From an uncultured Actinomycetes bacterium (lineage in GTDB: Bacteria; Actinomycetota; Actinomycetes; S36-B12; UBA10799), in contig CAVVYM010000006.1 in NCBI GenBank assembly GCA_963752505.1, positions 192,379-256,378 on the forward strand: a stretch of 64,000 bases of DNA. Direction: 5' to 3'. Shown here piece by piece: positions 22,037-32,111 of the stretch (position 1 is the stretch's first letter; every line of letters starts with the position of its first letter). Under the pieces are notes generated by a model, which ran no database searches, had not been told where the DNA came from, and was given only the letters and a program-made list of their open reading frames with translations. The position numbers and the translations under genes were made by a program.

Positions 22037-25000
22037 ATGTACCGGCCTGTCCCCGCTCGAATCGACTTGCCTGCGATGGAGCTTGAAATCCTGCGGCAGT
22101 GGCAGGAGCGCAACGTCTTTCACCGCACGCTAGCCGCCACCCGCGAGGGCGAACCCTGGGTCTTTAACGAGGGGCCGCCGACCGCTAACGGCACCCCCGG
22201 CACCCACCACATTGAGGCCCGGGTGTTCAAGGACGTCTTCCCGCGTTTCAAGACCATGCAGGGACGCTACGTGCCCCGCAAGGCCGGGTGGGATTGCCAC
22301 GGACTGCCCGTGGAGTTGGCCGTTGAGAAGGAGTTGGGGTTCTCCGGCAAGCCCGACATCGAGGCCTACGGAATCGAGGAGTTCAACGCGAGATGCCGCG
22401 AGTCGGTGCTGCGCCACGTGGCCGAATTCGGCGTCATGACCGAGCGCATGGGCTACTGGGTGGACATGGACGATGCCTACTGGACCATGTCGAGCGACTA
22501 CATCGAAAGCGTGTGGTGGTCGCTGGCGCAGATCCACAAAGCCGGTCTGCTGGTGGAGGATCACCGCGTCTCGCCGTACTGCCCGCGTTGCGGCACGACC
22601 TTGAGCGATCACGAGCTGGCGCAGGGCTACGAGACCGTGCACGACCCCTCGGTATTCGTGCGCATGCCCGTCACCTCCGCCGACATCCTCGAGCAGTTCC
22701 CCGGTCTGACCCTGCTGGTGTGGACCACAACTCCCTGGACGCTCGTCTCCAACACTGCCGTGGCCGTGTCACCCACCGCCAACTACGTGGTGATGCGCAC
22801 ACCGGACGGCGAAACCCTGCTCGTCGCCGAAGCGCTGCAGGAGCGCATCTCACCGGACGCCGAAGTGCTCGCGACGCTGCCAGGCACCGAATTGGAACAC
22901 CTGGGCTACACACCGCCGTTCGACCTCGTCGACGTGCCGGATGCCCACTTCGTGATTCTCGGCGACTACGTCACCACCGACGACGGTTCCGGGCTGGTGC
23001 ACATCGCGCCGGCCTTCGGAGCTGATGACCTCACCGTGGCTCGGGGCTATGAACTGCCGGTGATCAACCCGGTCCACGCCGACGGCACGTTCGACGCGCA
23101 GGTGCCGTTGGTGGGTGGGATGTTCTTCAAGGACGCCGACCAGGTGCTGGTGGCCGATCTGCAGGCGCGAGGGCTGCTGTTCCTCCTCCTGGACTACGAA
23201 CACAACTACCCGCACTGCTGGCGCTGCCACACGCCGCTGCTCTACTACGCCCAGCCGTCCTGGTACATCAAGACCACGGCGATCAAGGATCGACTGGTCC
23301 GGGAGAACGCCTCGACCAACTGGATCCCGGAGACGATCCGCGACGGTCGCTTCGGCGACTGGCTGGCCAACAACATTGACTGGGCCCTGTCCCGCAACCG
23401 GTACTGGGGCACACCCCTGCCGCTGTGGCGCTGCCCGGCCGGGCACATCACCGCCGTGGAGTCGCTGGCCGACCTCTCGGACAAGGCTGGCCACAACGTT
23501 GAGGGGCTCGACCCGCACCGGCCCTTCGTCGACGACGTGACCATCAACTGCGACACCTGCGGCGTCCCCGCCACCCGGGTCCCCGAGGTCATCGACTGCT
23601 GGTATGACTCCGGTGCCATGCCGTTCGCGCAGTTCGGGTACCCGCATCGCAACGTCGACCTGTTCAAGGCTCGCTACCCTGCCGACTTCGTGTGCGAGGC
23701 GATTGACCAGACCCGAGGCTGGTTCTACACGCTTATGGCGGTGGGCACCCTGGTGTTCGACCAGTCGTCCTACCGCAACGTGCTGTGCCTCGGTCACATC
23801 TTGGACGCCGACGGCCGAAAGATGAGCAAGCACCTCGGGAACGTGCTCGAGCCCATCCCGCTCATGGATGCCCACGGCGCCGACGCGGTTCGCTGGTTCA
23901 TGCTGGCGGCCGGTTCGCCGTGGCAGGCCCGACGCGTGAGCCACGAGGCCATCGACGACGTCATCCGCCGCGTGCTACTCACCTACTGGAACACCGTGAG
24001 TTTCCAGTCGCTCTACGGCCGCATCGCCAACTGGGATCCGGCCGCTGATCGCGAGGGTCTTGCGTACACGTCATTGGATAGGTGGGTGCGTTCGGAAGGC
24101 CAGCGGGCCATCCGCGAGGTCACCGTGGCGCTGGAGGCCTTCGACACCCAGGTCGCGGGGCGCGTCCTCACCGACTTCGTGGATGACCTCTCCAACTGGT
24201 ACGTCCGCCGCAGCCGACGCCGATTCTGGCAAGGCGACCCGGCTGCCCTCGCCACGCTCCACGAAGCGCTGCAGACCGTGACCCTACTCATGGCCCCGTT
24301 CACACCGTTCATCACCGAGCGCGTCTGGAACGACCTCTTCGCAGACGCGTCCGGTGTCGACTCGGTTCACCTGGCCAGGTGGCCACAGGTGGATGAGGCG
24401 CTCATCGACGACTCGCTGGCCGCCGACGTCGCCACGATTCGCACCCTTGTCGACCTCGGCCGGTCAGCCCGCGCCGAGTCAGGAGTACGCACCCGCCAGC
24501 CGCTCGGCCGCGCGCTGGTGGCGTCGACCCGATGGAACGCCATGGCCGATGACCTCCGAGCCCAGTTCACCGACGAGGTGAACGTCCTCTCGGTAGTGCC
24601 GCTCGCTGACGAAGCAGGCGACCTGGTGGAGGTGACGGTGAAGCCCAACTTCCGCGCGCTCGGCAAGCGATTCGGCAAGCGCACACCGGTTGTTGCCGGG
24701 GCGCTGCAGCAGCTGCCCGGAGCCGATGTGGCAGCCCAGCTGCGCGAATCCGGATCCGTGACAGTCGCGACCGCCGACGGCTCCGAGGAGTTGACAGCCG
24801 ACGACGTCATCGTCACCGAACGGCCAGTGGCCGGGTGGAGCGTGGCCAGCACGGACGGAGCCACGGTGGCGTTGGACCTGGAACTCACCGACGAACTCAT
24901 CGGGCTAGGTAACGCCCGTGAAGTCGTGCGAGCGCTGCAAGAGGCACGTAAGAACGCCGGCCTCGACGTGACCGACCGCATCACGGTCGCCTATGAAACG

Positions 25001-25159
25001 GCAACGGACGACGCCCTCTCTGTGCTCAGCCAGCACGGAGCGAGTATCGCCGATGAGATTCTGGCCGTGCGATTCGAGCCCGGAACCGTGCCCTCCGATA
25101 GCGCAACCGACCTGCCCGACTTGGGCATGAAGTTCAGCCTTGCGGTGGCCGACGCCTGA
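22037..25159 (+). CDS. ileS: Isoleucyl-tRNA synthetase, type 2
   Basis: EGPPTANGTPGTHH, GWDCHGLP, WTTTPWTL, DQTRGWF, KMSKH; ATG 22037 after GGAGG. Confidence 0.97.
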   Translation: MYRPVPARIDLPAMELEILRQWQERNVFHRTLAATREGEPWVFNEGPPTANGTPGTHHIEARVFKDVFPRFKTMQGRYVPRKAGWDCHGLPVELAVEKELGFSGKPDIEAYGIEEFNARCRESVLRHVAEFGVMTERMGYWVDMDDAYWTMSSDYIESVWWSLAQIHKAGLLVEDHRVSPYCPRCGTTLSDHELAQGYETVHDPSVFVRMPVTSADILEQFPGLTLLVWTTTPWTLVSNTAVAVSPTANYVVMRTPDGETLLVAEALQERISPDAEVLATLPGTELEHLGYTPPFDLVDVPDAHFVILGDYVTTDDGSGLVHIAPAFGADDLTVARGYELPVINPVHADGTFDAQVPLVGGMFFKDADQVLVADLQARGLLFLLLDYEHNYPHCWRCHTPLLYYAQPSWYIKTTAIKDRLVRENASTNWIPETIRDGRFGDWLANNIDWALSRNRYWGTPLPLWRCPAGHITAVESLADLSDKAGHNVEGLDPHRPFVDDVTINCDTCGVPATRVPEVIDCWYDSGAMPFAQFGYPHRNVDLFKARYPADFVCEAIDQTRGWFYTLMAVGTLVFDQSSYRNVLCLGHILDADGRKMSKHLGNVLEPIPLMDAHGADAVRWFMLAAGSPWQARRVSHEAIDDVIRRVLLTYWNTVSFQSLYGRIANWDPAADREGLAYTSLDRWVRSEGQRAIREVTVALEAFDTQVAGRVLTDFVDDLSNWYVRRSRRRFWQGDPAALATLHEALQTVTLLMAPFTPFITERVWNDLFADASGVDSVHLARWPQVDEALIDDSLAADVATIRTLVDLGRSARAESGVRTRQPLGRALVASTRWNAMADDLRAQFTDEVNVLSVVPLADEAGDLVEVTVKPNFRALGKRFGKRTPVVAGALQQLPGADVAAQLRESGSVTVATADGSEELTADDVIVTERPVAGWSVASTDGATVALDLELTDELIGLGNAREVVRALQEARKNAGLDVTDRITVAYETATDDALSVLSQHGASIADEILAVRFEPGTVPSDSATDLPDLGMKFSLAVADA

Positions 25160-25165
25160 TTCGAG

Positions 25166-25804
25166 TCAGGAGCGCGGCGGCGGGAAGGTCCAGGATCCTC
25201 CCGCAGTCGGCGGCTGCGGGTTGGCGACCGGCTGAGCCGGACGCTGCGGGTTGGCGACCGAGGCCCCGGTCGGCGGCGGCAGGTTGGTTGTTGGCCGTCC
25301 CGTGGGCGGCGGCGTCGCCGCGAGCGGGGGCCCTGCGACACCGGGCCGTTGCGGCCCTCGAGGCCCCGGCCCGTTGATGACCGATCCCGCGCCCGGCCGC
25401 GCGGTCGGCGCCGGACCGCCGTTCCACACCGGAGGGCTGGCCTGCGCCGCACGGCGCGGCTGGAACTGCTGTGGCGCTGGCAGCGCCGGAGTTCCCCACC
25501 CCGGCGGCCCACCTGCAACCGGTGCTCCGCCGAGCAACGCGAGCAGCTGGCGGGCCGTGGCGCGGGCCTGTTCCAAGTTCGCGGCGTGGGCGCGGTCGAT
25601 GTCGCCGAGCTGGCGTTGCAGGCGACCGATTTCGACGACCATCTGCTCCATGCTCCACTCGATTTGATCGAGGAACGAGTCGACTTCCTCCACGTCGTAG
25701 CCGAGGCGCATGCGGGTCGTGGTGAAGACCACGGACCTCACTTCGCTGGGGGTGACGGGCCTACGGTGCGGACCCGGAGAGGCGCCGCGCGCTGAATAGG
25801 ACAC
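25166..25804 (-). CDS. divIVA: DivIVA-domain protein with Pro-rich tail
   Basis: TPSEVRSVVFTTTRMRLGYDVEEVDSFLD; syntenic position after sepF-yggT. True start may be near 25756. Confidence 0.75.
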   Translation of the reverse strand: MSYSARGASPGPHRRPVTPSEVRSVVFTTTRMRLGYDVEEVDSFLDQIEWSMEQMVVEIGRLQRQLGDIDRAHAANLEQARATARQLLALLGGAPVAGGPPGWGTPALPAPQQFQPRRAAQASPPVWNGGPAPTARPGAGSVINGPGPRGPQRPGVAGPPLAATPPPTGRPTTNLPPPTGASVANPQRPAQPVANPQPPTAGGSWTFPPPRS

Positions 25805-25883
25805 CTAACACCACTCCTGCCGAAGGATCGTCGAGTCGTCACTGGTCTTCTGATGATCACGCCGGTGACGACTGCTCTGGTAG

Positions 25884-26168
25884 CTACAAGGCAGACGCCA
25901 ACGCGATGCCCACCTGCAACAGTATGAGCAGGACCAGGAATGAAAGATCGAGCGCCACCCCGCCGAGTCGCAACGGAGGGATGAATCGGCGCAGAAAATT
26001 CAGTGGCGGATCCGTCACTGTGTACACGGCTTCGGCGGCCACCAAGATGATGCCCTTCGGGGTCCAGTCGCGGGAGAACATCTGGATGAGGTCGAAGGCG
26101 AAGCGGGCGAAGAGCACCAGAATGTACAGCCACAGCACCGTCGCAACGATCTGCCCGATGCTGCTCAT
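25884..26168 (-). CDS. YggT/SepG membrane protein
   Basis: EAVYTVTDPPLNFLRRFIPPLRLGGVALDLS. Confidence 0.93.
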   Translation of the reverse strand: MSSIGQIVATVLWLYILVLFARFAFDLIQMFSRDWTPKGIILVAAEAVYTVTDPPLNFLRRFIPPLRLGGVALDLSFLVLLILLQVGIALASAL

Positions 26169-26195
26169 GGAGTTCTCCTGAATAGGGGTGCTGAA

Positions 26196-26660
26196 TCAGC
26201 GGGCGAAGTGAGCTGCGCCGCTCACCTGCTCGCGCGCAATCGCGGAGACATCCACTCCGTCCGGAGACAGGAGGAACACCTTCGGCGTAATGCGCTCAAT
26301 ACTTCCGTGCAGCCCAAATACTAGTCCGGCGGCAAAATCCACGATTCGCTTGGCATCGGCATCGGACATTGACGTGAGGTCCATGATGACTGGCGCGTCG
26401 TTGCGGAACTCTTCACCGATGCGGCGAGCGTCGTTGTACGTGGTAGGCAGGACACTGGTGATCCGGTAGCCCGGGCGCTCCCATGGCCGCGACAATTGGT
26501 GCACCGATCCGTGCCCGGAATCCTCGTGCACAGAGGGCTCACCGGAGCTCTGGGTCACCGCGACTCGATCAACCGGGCGATGCCCATCGTGATCGGTGTA
26601 GTACTGGTCGTCCTCGACAAGACCGAGGTAGGTGGCCATCCGTCGGATCGCACCAGCCAT
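26196..26660 (-). CDS. sepF: Cell division protein SepF
   Basis: MAGAIRRMATYLGL, YNDARRIGEEFR, AKRIVDFAAGLVFGLHG, VFLLSP. Confidence 0.95.
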   Translation of the reverse strand: MAGAIRRMATYLGLVEDDQYYTDHDGHRPVDRVAVTQSSGEPSVHEDSGHGSVHQLSRPWERPGYRITSVLPTTYNDARRIGEEFRNDAPVIMDLTSMSDADAKRIVDFAAGLVFGLHGSIERITPKVFLLSPDGVDVSAIAREQVSGAAHFAR

Positions 26661-26732
26661 GAAAGTCTCCTCCTGCACCGATGTTGAAAACGTCTGAGAT
26701 TGCGCGTGTTTCGGGTCCGCGCTAACTGCACG

Positions 26733-27485
26733 TTACCCGACCGAAGGCCTCGGTCCGAGGATCGCCGTGCCCAGACGTACGTGTGTCGCGCCAGCCGCGA
26801 TAGCCGCTGCGAAGTCCCCGCTCATACCGGCCGAAATCTGGGTAGCGGACGGGTACTTGCCCTGGATGTTCCGGGCGACGTCGGCGAGCACAGCGAAGGC
26901 TGCGGCGGGGTCGCCGCCCAGCGGCGCCATGCCCATCACCCCACGTAACTCAAGGTGCTCCGAGGCAGCAATCGCATCCGCGACCGCCAGGGCGCTTGCA
27001 GGTTCGACACCGCCACGGCCGCCCTGGGCTGCTGGCGCAGTCGGCGCGACGGGGTCGAGATTGACCTGCACCAGACAACCGATGGTGCGCTCGTGGGCAG
27101 CTGCCCCTCGTTCCAGCGCGGTGACGAGGCTGAGTCGATCCACCGTGTCTATCTGGTCGGCGTAGGCGGCCACCGCCCGCGCCTTATTGCTCTGCAGCTG
27201 GCCGATGAAGTGCCACGTCACCGGTTGCGAACCCACTTCGGCGTGCTTGGCCGCAGCCTCCTGATGCCGATTCTCGCCCACCTCGGTGATTCCGGCCGAC
27301 GCTAGGGCCACGATGTCCGAAGCCGGGAACTTCTTGGTGACGGCCACGACCTCGACGTCGGCTGGCTCGCGGGCTGCGGCGCGCGCCGCAGCGGCAATCG
27401 CGTCCCGTGCCTGCGCCACGCCCGACCGCAGCTGGGCCGCCCGCTCTGGTGTCGGCGTGCTGCTGTCAGCGGTCACTGAGTCCAC
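26733..27485 (-). CDS. YggS PLP-homeostasis protein
   Basis: VAVTK, GENRHQE, WHFIGQLQSNK, SAGMSGD, GATHVRLGT. Confidence 0.95.
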   Translation of the reverse strand: MDSVTADSSTPTPERAAQLRSGVAQARDAIAAAARAAAREPADVEVVAVTKKFPASDIVALASAGITEVGENRHQEAAAKHAEVGSQPVTWHFIGQLQSNKARAVAAYADQIDTVDRLSLVTALERGAAAHERTIGCLVQVNLDPVAPTAPAAQGGRGGVEPASALAVADAIAASEHLELRGVMGMAPLGGDPAAAFAVLADVARNIQGKYPSATQISAGMSGDFAAAIAAGATHVRLGTAILGPRPSVG

Positions 27486-28222
27486 CAGACGGCGACACCC
27501 TGTCGACCGGTCTTACCGTCACGACGGTAAGAGAACAGCTGTGGATCCTCCGCCGTGCAACCACCCACCTGTTCCACCATCAGACCGACTGCTCGCAGTT
27601 GAGCCATCAGGCCGGCGCGTACGTCGATGGCTGGCTGACCATCGGGGGCCACTGCAGCGCTGGCAGGGGCAGCGTCAGCCGCCAGCCGAGCACGGTCGGG
27701 CGGCACCGGATAACAGGATCCGCAGATTGCCGGGCCCAACGAGACTCGAATCCGATCCTTGGCTGCGCCAAGATCCTGCATTGCCACCAGGGCGGCCCTC
27801 ACCACTCCGGAGACCATTCCCTGCCAGCCGGAGTGCACCGCGGCCACGACTCCAGCTTCGGCATCCACGAGTGCGACGGGCACACAGTCCGCCGAGAGGG
27901 CCACCACCACGAGACCTGGGGTGGCCGTGACGAGGCCGTCAACGGACTGCACCTCGCCCTGGGTGCCCGAGTCGACCACTTCGACATCGGCACTGTGGCA
28001 TTGGCGCATGAAGACGACGTTCGAAGCATCAACCCCCGCCAACTCCGCAACTCGCGCACGATTGGCTGCGACGTGGGAAGGGTCGTCTCCGACGTGAGCC
28101 GCCAGGTTCCAGTCGTCGAACGGCGCGTCCGATACCCCGCCAAGCCGTGACGTGAAGACCCAATGGGCCTGTCGATCGGACGTTGTGGTTGGAGGCGAGA
28201 CGCTGCCATGCCAATACGTCAC
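27473..28222 (-). CDS. pgeF: PgeF/YfiH peptidoglycan editing factor
   Basis: NLAAHVGD, QCHS, ADCVPV, HSGWQG, FSYRR. Confidence 0.92.
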   Translation of the reverse strand: MTYWHGSVSPPTTTSDRQAHWVFTSRLGGVSDAPFDDWNLAAHVGDDPSHVAANRARVAELAGVDASNVVFMRQCHSADVEVVDSGTQGEVQSVDGLVTATPGLVVVALSADCVPVALVDAEAGVVAAVHSGWQGMVSGVVRAALVAMQDLGAAKDRIRVSLGPAICGSCYPVPPDRARLAADAAPASAAVAPDGQPAIDVRAGLMAQLRAVGLMVEQVGGCTAEDPQLFSYRRDGKTGRQGVAVWWTQ

Positions 28223-28233
28223 GCGCGCACTGC

Positions 28234-29382
28234 CTACTTCAGGAAATCCGGCACGTCGAGATCTTCATTGCCCGTCGCCTCTGAGTCGAATTGCACATCG
28301 CGCACCGCAGACTCGCTGCTGGTACGGCCAGCGGCGGAACGGGCGGCAGCGGCCGTCGCGGCGGCGGAAGCACCCGAGGCGCCAGCGTCACGAGCCTGGC
28401 CCTGCTTGGCGTTCTTGGGCTTGAGCGGCTGCGGCTGCCCACCGTCGAAACCGGCGGCGATGACGGTGATACGCACCTCGTCGCCGAGGGTGTCGTCGAT
28501 GACCGCGCCGAAGATGATGTTCGCTTCCGGATGTGCGGAATCGGCCACCAGTTTCGCCGCTTCGTTGATCTCGAACAGGCCGAGGTCGCTGCCGCCAGAG
28601 ATGCTGAGCAGCACGCCGTGTGCGCCTTCGATGCTCGCCTCGAGCAAGGGCGAGGAGATTGCCTCTTCAGCCGCGGCCACAGCACGGTTCTCACCGCGGG
28701 CGGAGCCGATGCCCATCAAGGCGGATCCGGCGCTGTGCATAACCGACTTCACGTCGGCAAAGTCAAGGTTGATCAGACCGGGGGTGGTGATGAGGTCGGT
28801 GATACCCGACACGCCCTGGTAGAGAACCTGGTCGGCCTGCTTGAAGGCGTCGATCACGCTGATCTTGCGGTCCGAGAGCATGAGCAGTCGGTCGTTGGGG
28901 ATCACGATGAGGGTGTCGACCTCAGTGCGCAGGCCGTCGATGCCACTCTCTGCCTGCGTGGCACGGCGCCGGCCTTCGAACATGAACGGCCGGGTCACGA
29001 CACCGATCGTGAGCGCGCCCATGCCCTTGGCGATCTTCGCAACCACCGGGGCGCCGCCGGTGCCGGTGCCACCACCCTCTCCCGCAGTGACGAAGACCAT
29101 GTCGGCACCCTTGAGGACCTCTTCAATCTCCTGCTGGTGGTCCTCGGCCGCCTTCTTGCCGATTTCTGGGTCCGCTCCAGCACCCAAGCCGCGGGTCAGT
29201 TCGCGGCCGATGTCGAGCTTGACGTCGGCGTCGCTCATCAACAGTGCCTGAGCATCCGTGTTGATCGCGATGAATTCGACCCCCTTGAGACCCGATTCGA
29301 TCATGCGGTTGACCGCGTTGACGCCGCCGCCGCCGATACCGACGACCTTGATAACGGCGAGATAGTTTTGCGGAGACGCCAC
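28234..29382 (-). CDS. ftsZ: Cell division protein FtsZ
   Basis: [26 protein letters not shown]-terminal LDVPDFLK. Confidence 0.99.
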   Translation of the reverse strand: MASPQNYLAVIKVVGIGGGGVNAVNRMIESGLKGVEFIAINTDAQALLMSDADVKLDIGRELTRGLGAGADPEIGKKAAEDHQQEIEEVLKGADMVFVTAGEGGGTGTGGAPVVAKIAKGMGALTIGVVTRPFMFEGRRRATQAESGIDGLRTEVDTLIVIPNDRLLMLSDRKISVIDAFKQADQVLYQGVSGITDLITTPGLINLDFADVKSVMHSAGSALMGIGSARGENRAVAAAEEAISSPLLEASIEGAHGVLLSISGGSDLGLFEINEAAKLVADSAHPEANIIFGAVIDDTLGDEVRITVIAAGFDGGQPQPLKPKNAKQGQARDAGASGASAAATAAAARSAAGRTSSESAVRDVQFDSEATGNEDLDVPDFLK

Positions 29383-29513
29383 GTGTTGTTCCTTCCGAGG
29401 TTGTCGCTTGCGCGCGACGATGCTGGTCTGCAGGTGAATCGCTGTGAGCAGAGCCTACGCGCTGGCAACCCCGCGCCCGCAGCCAACCTCACAATAAGCT
29501 CCCCATCTCACCC

Positions 29514-29543
29514 AAAACTCTCAACTTCAAGTCAAAGGTTTGA
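29514..29543. promoter_or_regulatory. AT-rich imperfect palindrome upstream of ftsZ (FtsR-like operator candidate)
   Basis: AAAACTCTCAACTTCAAGTCAAAGGTTTGA, with core AACTT-N8-AGGTT, in the ftsQ-ftsZ spacer. Confidence 0.5.
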
Positions 29544-29706
29544 TGGGGCCTTCAACGATTCTTCCGCTACGCTAGCCACCCCTCTGACGTAGGGCAAGGC
29601 GCCCCGCAGTGGAAGTCAGCAATCTCCTGGCGGATCGCCAGCCCGATCAACCACTGCAGCCCCACTGGGTAACAAAGCACCCTATTTCTGATCCCTGTGT
29701 TGAGAC

Positions 29707-30693
29707 TTACTGTTGCGGGGCGGTCAACTGTGCCGGCTGCTCGCCGCCGCTGCCCGGCTGGGGTTCAACCAGAGGTTCAACCCCTGTTCCGGCGGGATCT
29801 TCGCTCTCACCCGCTCCAGTTTCGTCCGTCACCGCGCCGACTTGCTGCTCGGCCTCGGCAGACGGTGTCGGGGTGGGTGTCACAGGGCCCCCGAGGGCTT
29901 GATCCGCCAGGCGTGCAGGCCGTTCGGCAGCCGTGACCGGAGCCCCCGGCGCAGACAGGTCGTACCAACCCGATTCCGGTACCGACAACAGCAGCACGCT
30001 CAACGTTCTGGCCTTGATGTCGTTGCTCTCAGGAGCGCCCCACCGAACAACCCCACCGTCGTCACGCAGGGTCAGTTCTACGACGTCATCCTTGATGGCC
30101 GCCCATTGCACAACTGCCAGCACCTCCGGACTGATGTTGGCCAACGCCTCGGTCAACTTCGGAAGCTCTTCGCGCGAGCCGAGCAATTCCGGCACGTTGT
30201 CAGGCTTGTCAGCGATGCTAGCCATCGCTTGCGCGTCCGACCCGAGCACATCGAACTGGTCACCACCGGTGCCGACGAACCCCACGGGCAGGCGTTCCTC
30301 GATAGCGACCACGAGCGTCGCGGGCCAACTGCGGCTCACGCGCGCCGATCTCACCTCGACCAGTTGGCTGACCTCGGCTGCAATCGTGGCCGTGTCCACC
30401 GACGCGAGTGGCACACCGAGCGCACCAGCGGCCGCGGTTGAAACGGGTTGCTTCAGACCGGCGGACGCACCGACCACTTGCACTTGCTGCACCCGCAGCC
30501 ACGGCGAGCCCCACACCAGCCAGCTGGCACCCGCCAGGAGCGCCAGTGCGGCGAGCACCGCGACGCCTGCCTGAATCCATCGCCGCCGGTCGATGCGCGC
30601 CAGTCGAGGACGCTGTCGTCGGCGTCGACGCGCACCGTTGGTGGCTGCGCCGTCTTCGGGCCGGGTGTCTGTCGGCCGTTGCGTCAGTGTCAT
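29707..30693 (-). CDS. ftsQ: Cell division protein FtsQ
   Basis: Basic N-terminus, single TM, POTRA domain (VSRSWPATLVVAIEERLP), VRWG...K, YDLSAP; position between murC and ftsZ. Confidence 0.9.
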   Translation of the reverse strand: MTLTQRPTDTRPEDGAATNGARRRRRQRPRLARIDRRRWIQAGVAVLAALALLAGASWLVWGSPWLRVQQVQVVGASAGLKQPVSTAAAGALGVPLASVDTATIAAEVSQLVEVRSARVSRSWPATLVVAIEERLPVGFVGTGGDQFDVLGSDAQAMASIADKPDNVPELLGSREELPKLTEALANISPEVLAVVQWAAIKDDVVELTLRDDGGVVRWGAPESNDIKARTLSVLLLSVPESGWYDLSAPGAPVTAAERPARLADQALGGPVTPTPTPSAEAEQQVGAVTDETGAGESEDPAGTGVEPLVEPQPGSGGEQPAQLTAPQQ

Positions 30694-32111
30694 TGATCGT
30701 CTGCTCGGACCTCGAGGAGATCCAGAATTGCCGGGGCCATGAGGGCGACATCGCCCTGACCGATGGTCATGATGATGTCTCCCGGTTGAGCCCGGTCCAC
30801 TAAGTGTCCTGGCACCGCGGGTGAACTGGGTTCGAAGAGAACCTGCTCGCCCGGCAACGGAACCGCTGCGGCCATGGTCTGGCCGCTGGCACCGGGTATG
30901 GGCTCCTCGCCGGGCGCGAAGACCTCGAGCACCACAACTTCATCGGCCAGGCCCATCGCCTCGCCGAATTCCTGGACGAACATGGCCGTGCGGTAGTAGT
31001 GGTGAGCCTGGAAGGCCATGATGATCCGACCCTCACCGGCAACTTCTCGCGCCGCTCGCAGGGTGGCCTCGACCTCGGTGGGGTGGTGGGCGAAATCGTC
31101 GAACACTCGGATACCCGCGACTTCCCCGCGGAAGTCGAACCGTCGCCGGGTGCCGGTGAAGTCCTCCAACCCGCGGGCGGCGTCCACATCGGAAAAGCCC
31201 AGACCGATCGCCGTGGCAAGCGCGGCCGTGGCATTGAGAACATTGTGCGCCCCCGGCACCTGCAGCGTGATGCGCGGCGTACGCACGCCGTGCACCGCGA
31301 CGTCGAAAGTCCACCCGGTGCCGCTGCGGTCATGCACGGAAATGTGGTAATCCGCCTCTTCGGAGAAGCCGTAGGTGCGCACATCGACCCCGGCTTCGCG
31401 GCCAACTCGAATCACCCGCCGTGTCTGTTCATCATCAACGCAGGCCACGACGAACCCCGACCGTTCTCCGATGTCGAGTGTGAACTGTTCGAAGGCTTCG
31501 ATGAGAGTTTCGAAGTCCTTCCAGTAGTTGAGGTGATCGGGCTCGACGTTGGTGATGATGCCGGCGATGGCGCCGAAGCGGAGGAAGGAACCATCACTCT
31601 CATCGGCTTCGGTGACGAACACGTCCCCCGACCCGCGGTGGGCGTAGGCGCCGGTCTCGTGGAGCTCTCCACCAATCGCGAAGCTGGGTTCGGCGCCGCA
31701 ATTCTGCAGTGCGACGGTGAGCATCGATGTGGTGGTGGTCTTGCCGTGTGTGCCCGTGACGGCCACCACTCGGCACCCCTGCATCACCAGCGCTAGGGCG
31801 TCGGAGCGATGGAGGATCGGAATCCCGAGTTCTTCGGCACGGCGAACCTCGGGGTTGTCCGCCGAGATCGCAGTCGAACGCACGACCACCGTGGTGTCGT
31901 CGCGCAGGTGAGCCGCATCGTGGCCGATGGCGATTTCCGCTCCAAGTGCGCGCAGGGCCGTCAGGCGACGGGAATCCTTGGCATCGCTGCCGGTCACAGT
32001 GACGCCCTCGGCCAGCAGAATCCGGGCGATGCCCGACATACCGGAGCCGCCGACGCCGATGAAGTGCACCGGCCCGGCGCCCATCTGTACTTGTGACGAT
32101 TGTTCGGTCAT
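30690..32111 (-). CDS. murC: UDP-N-acetylmuramate--alanine ligase
   Basis: HFIGVGGSGMSGIA, GTHGKTTTT, EADESDGSF, DDFAHHPTE. Confidence 0.96.
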   Translation of the reverse strand: MTEQSSQVQMGAGPVHFIGVGGSGMSGIARILLAEGVTVTGSDAKDSRRLTALRALGAEIAIGHDAAHLRDDTTVVVRSTAISADNPEVRRAEELGIPILHRSDALALVMQGCRVVAVTGTHGKTTTTSMLTVALQNCGAEPSFAIGGELHETGAYAHRGSGDVFVTEADESDGSFLRFGAIAGIITNVEPDHLNYWKDFETLIEAFEQFTLDIGERSGFVVACVDDEQTRRVIRVGREAGVDVRTYGFSEEADYHISVHDRSGTGWTFDVAVHGVRTPRITLQVPGAHNVLNATAALATAIGLGFSDVDAARGLEDFTGTRRRFDFRGEVAGIRVFDDFAHHPTEVEATLRAAREVAGEGRIIMAFQAHHYYRTAMFVQEFGEAMGLADEVVVLEVFAPGEEPIPGASGQTMAAAVPLPGEQVLFEPSSPAVPGHLVDRAQPGDIIMTIGQGDVALMAPAILDLLEVRADDQ

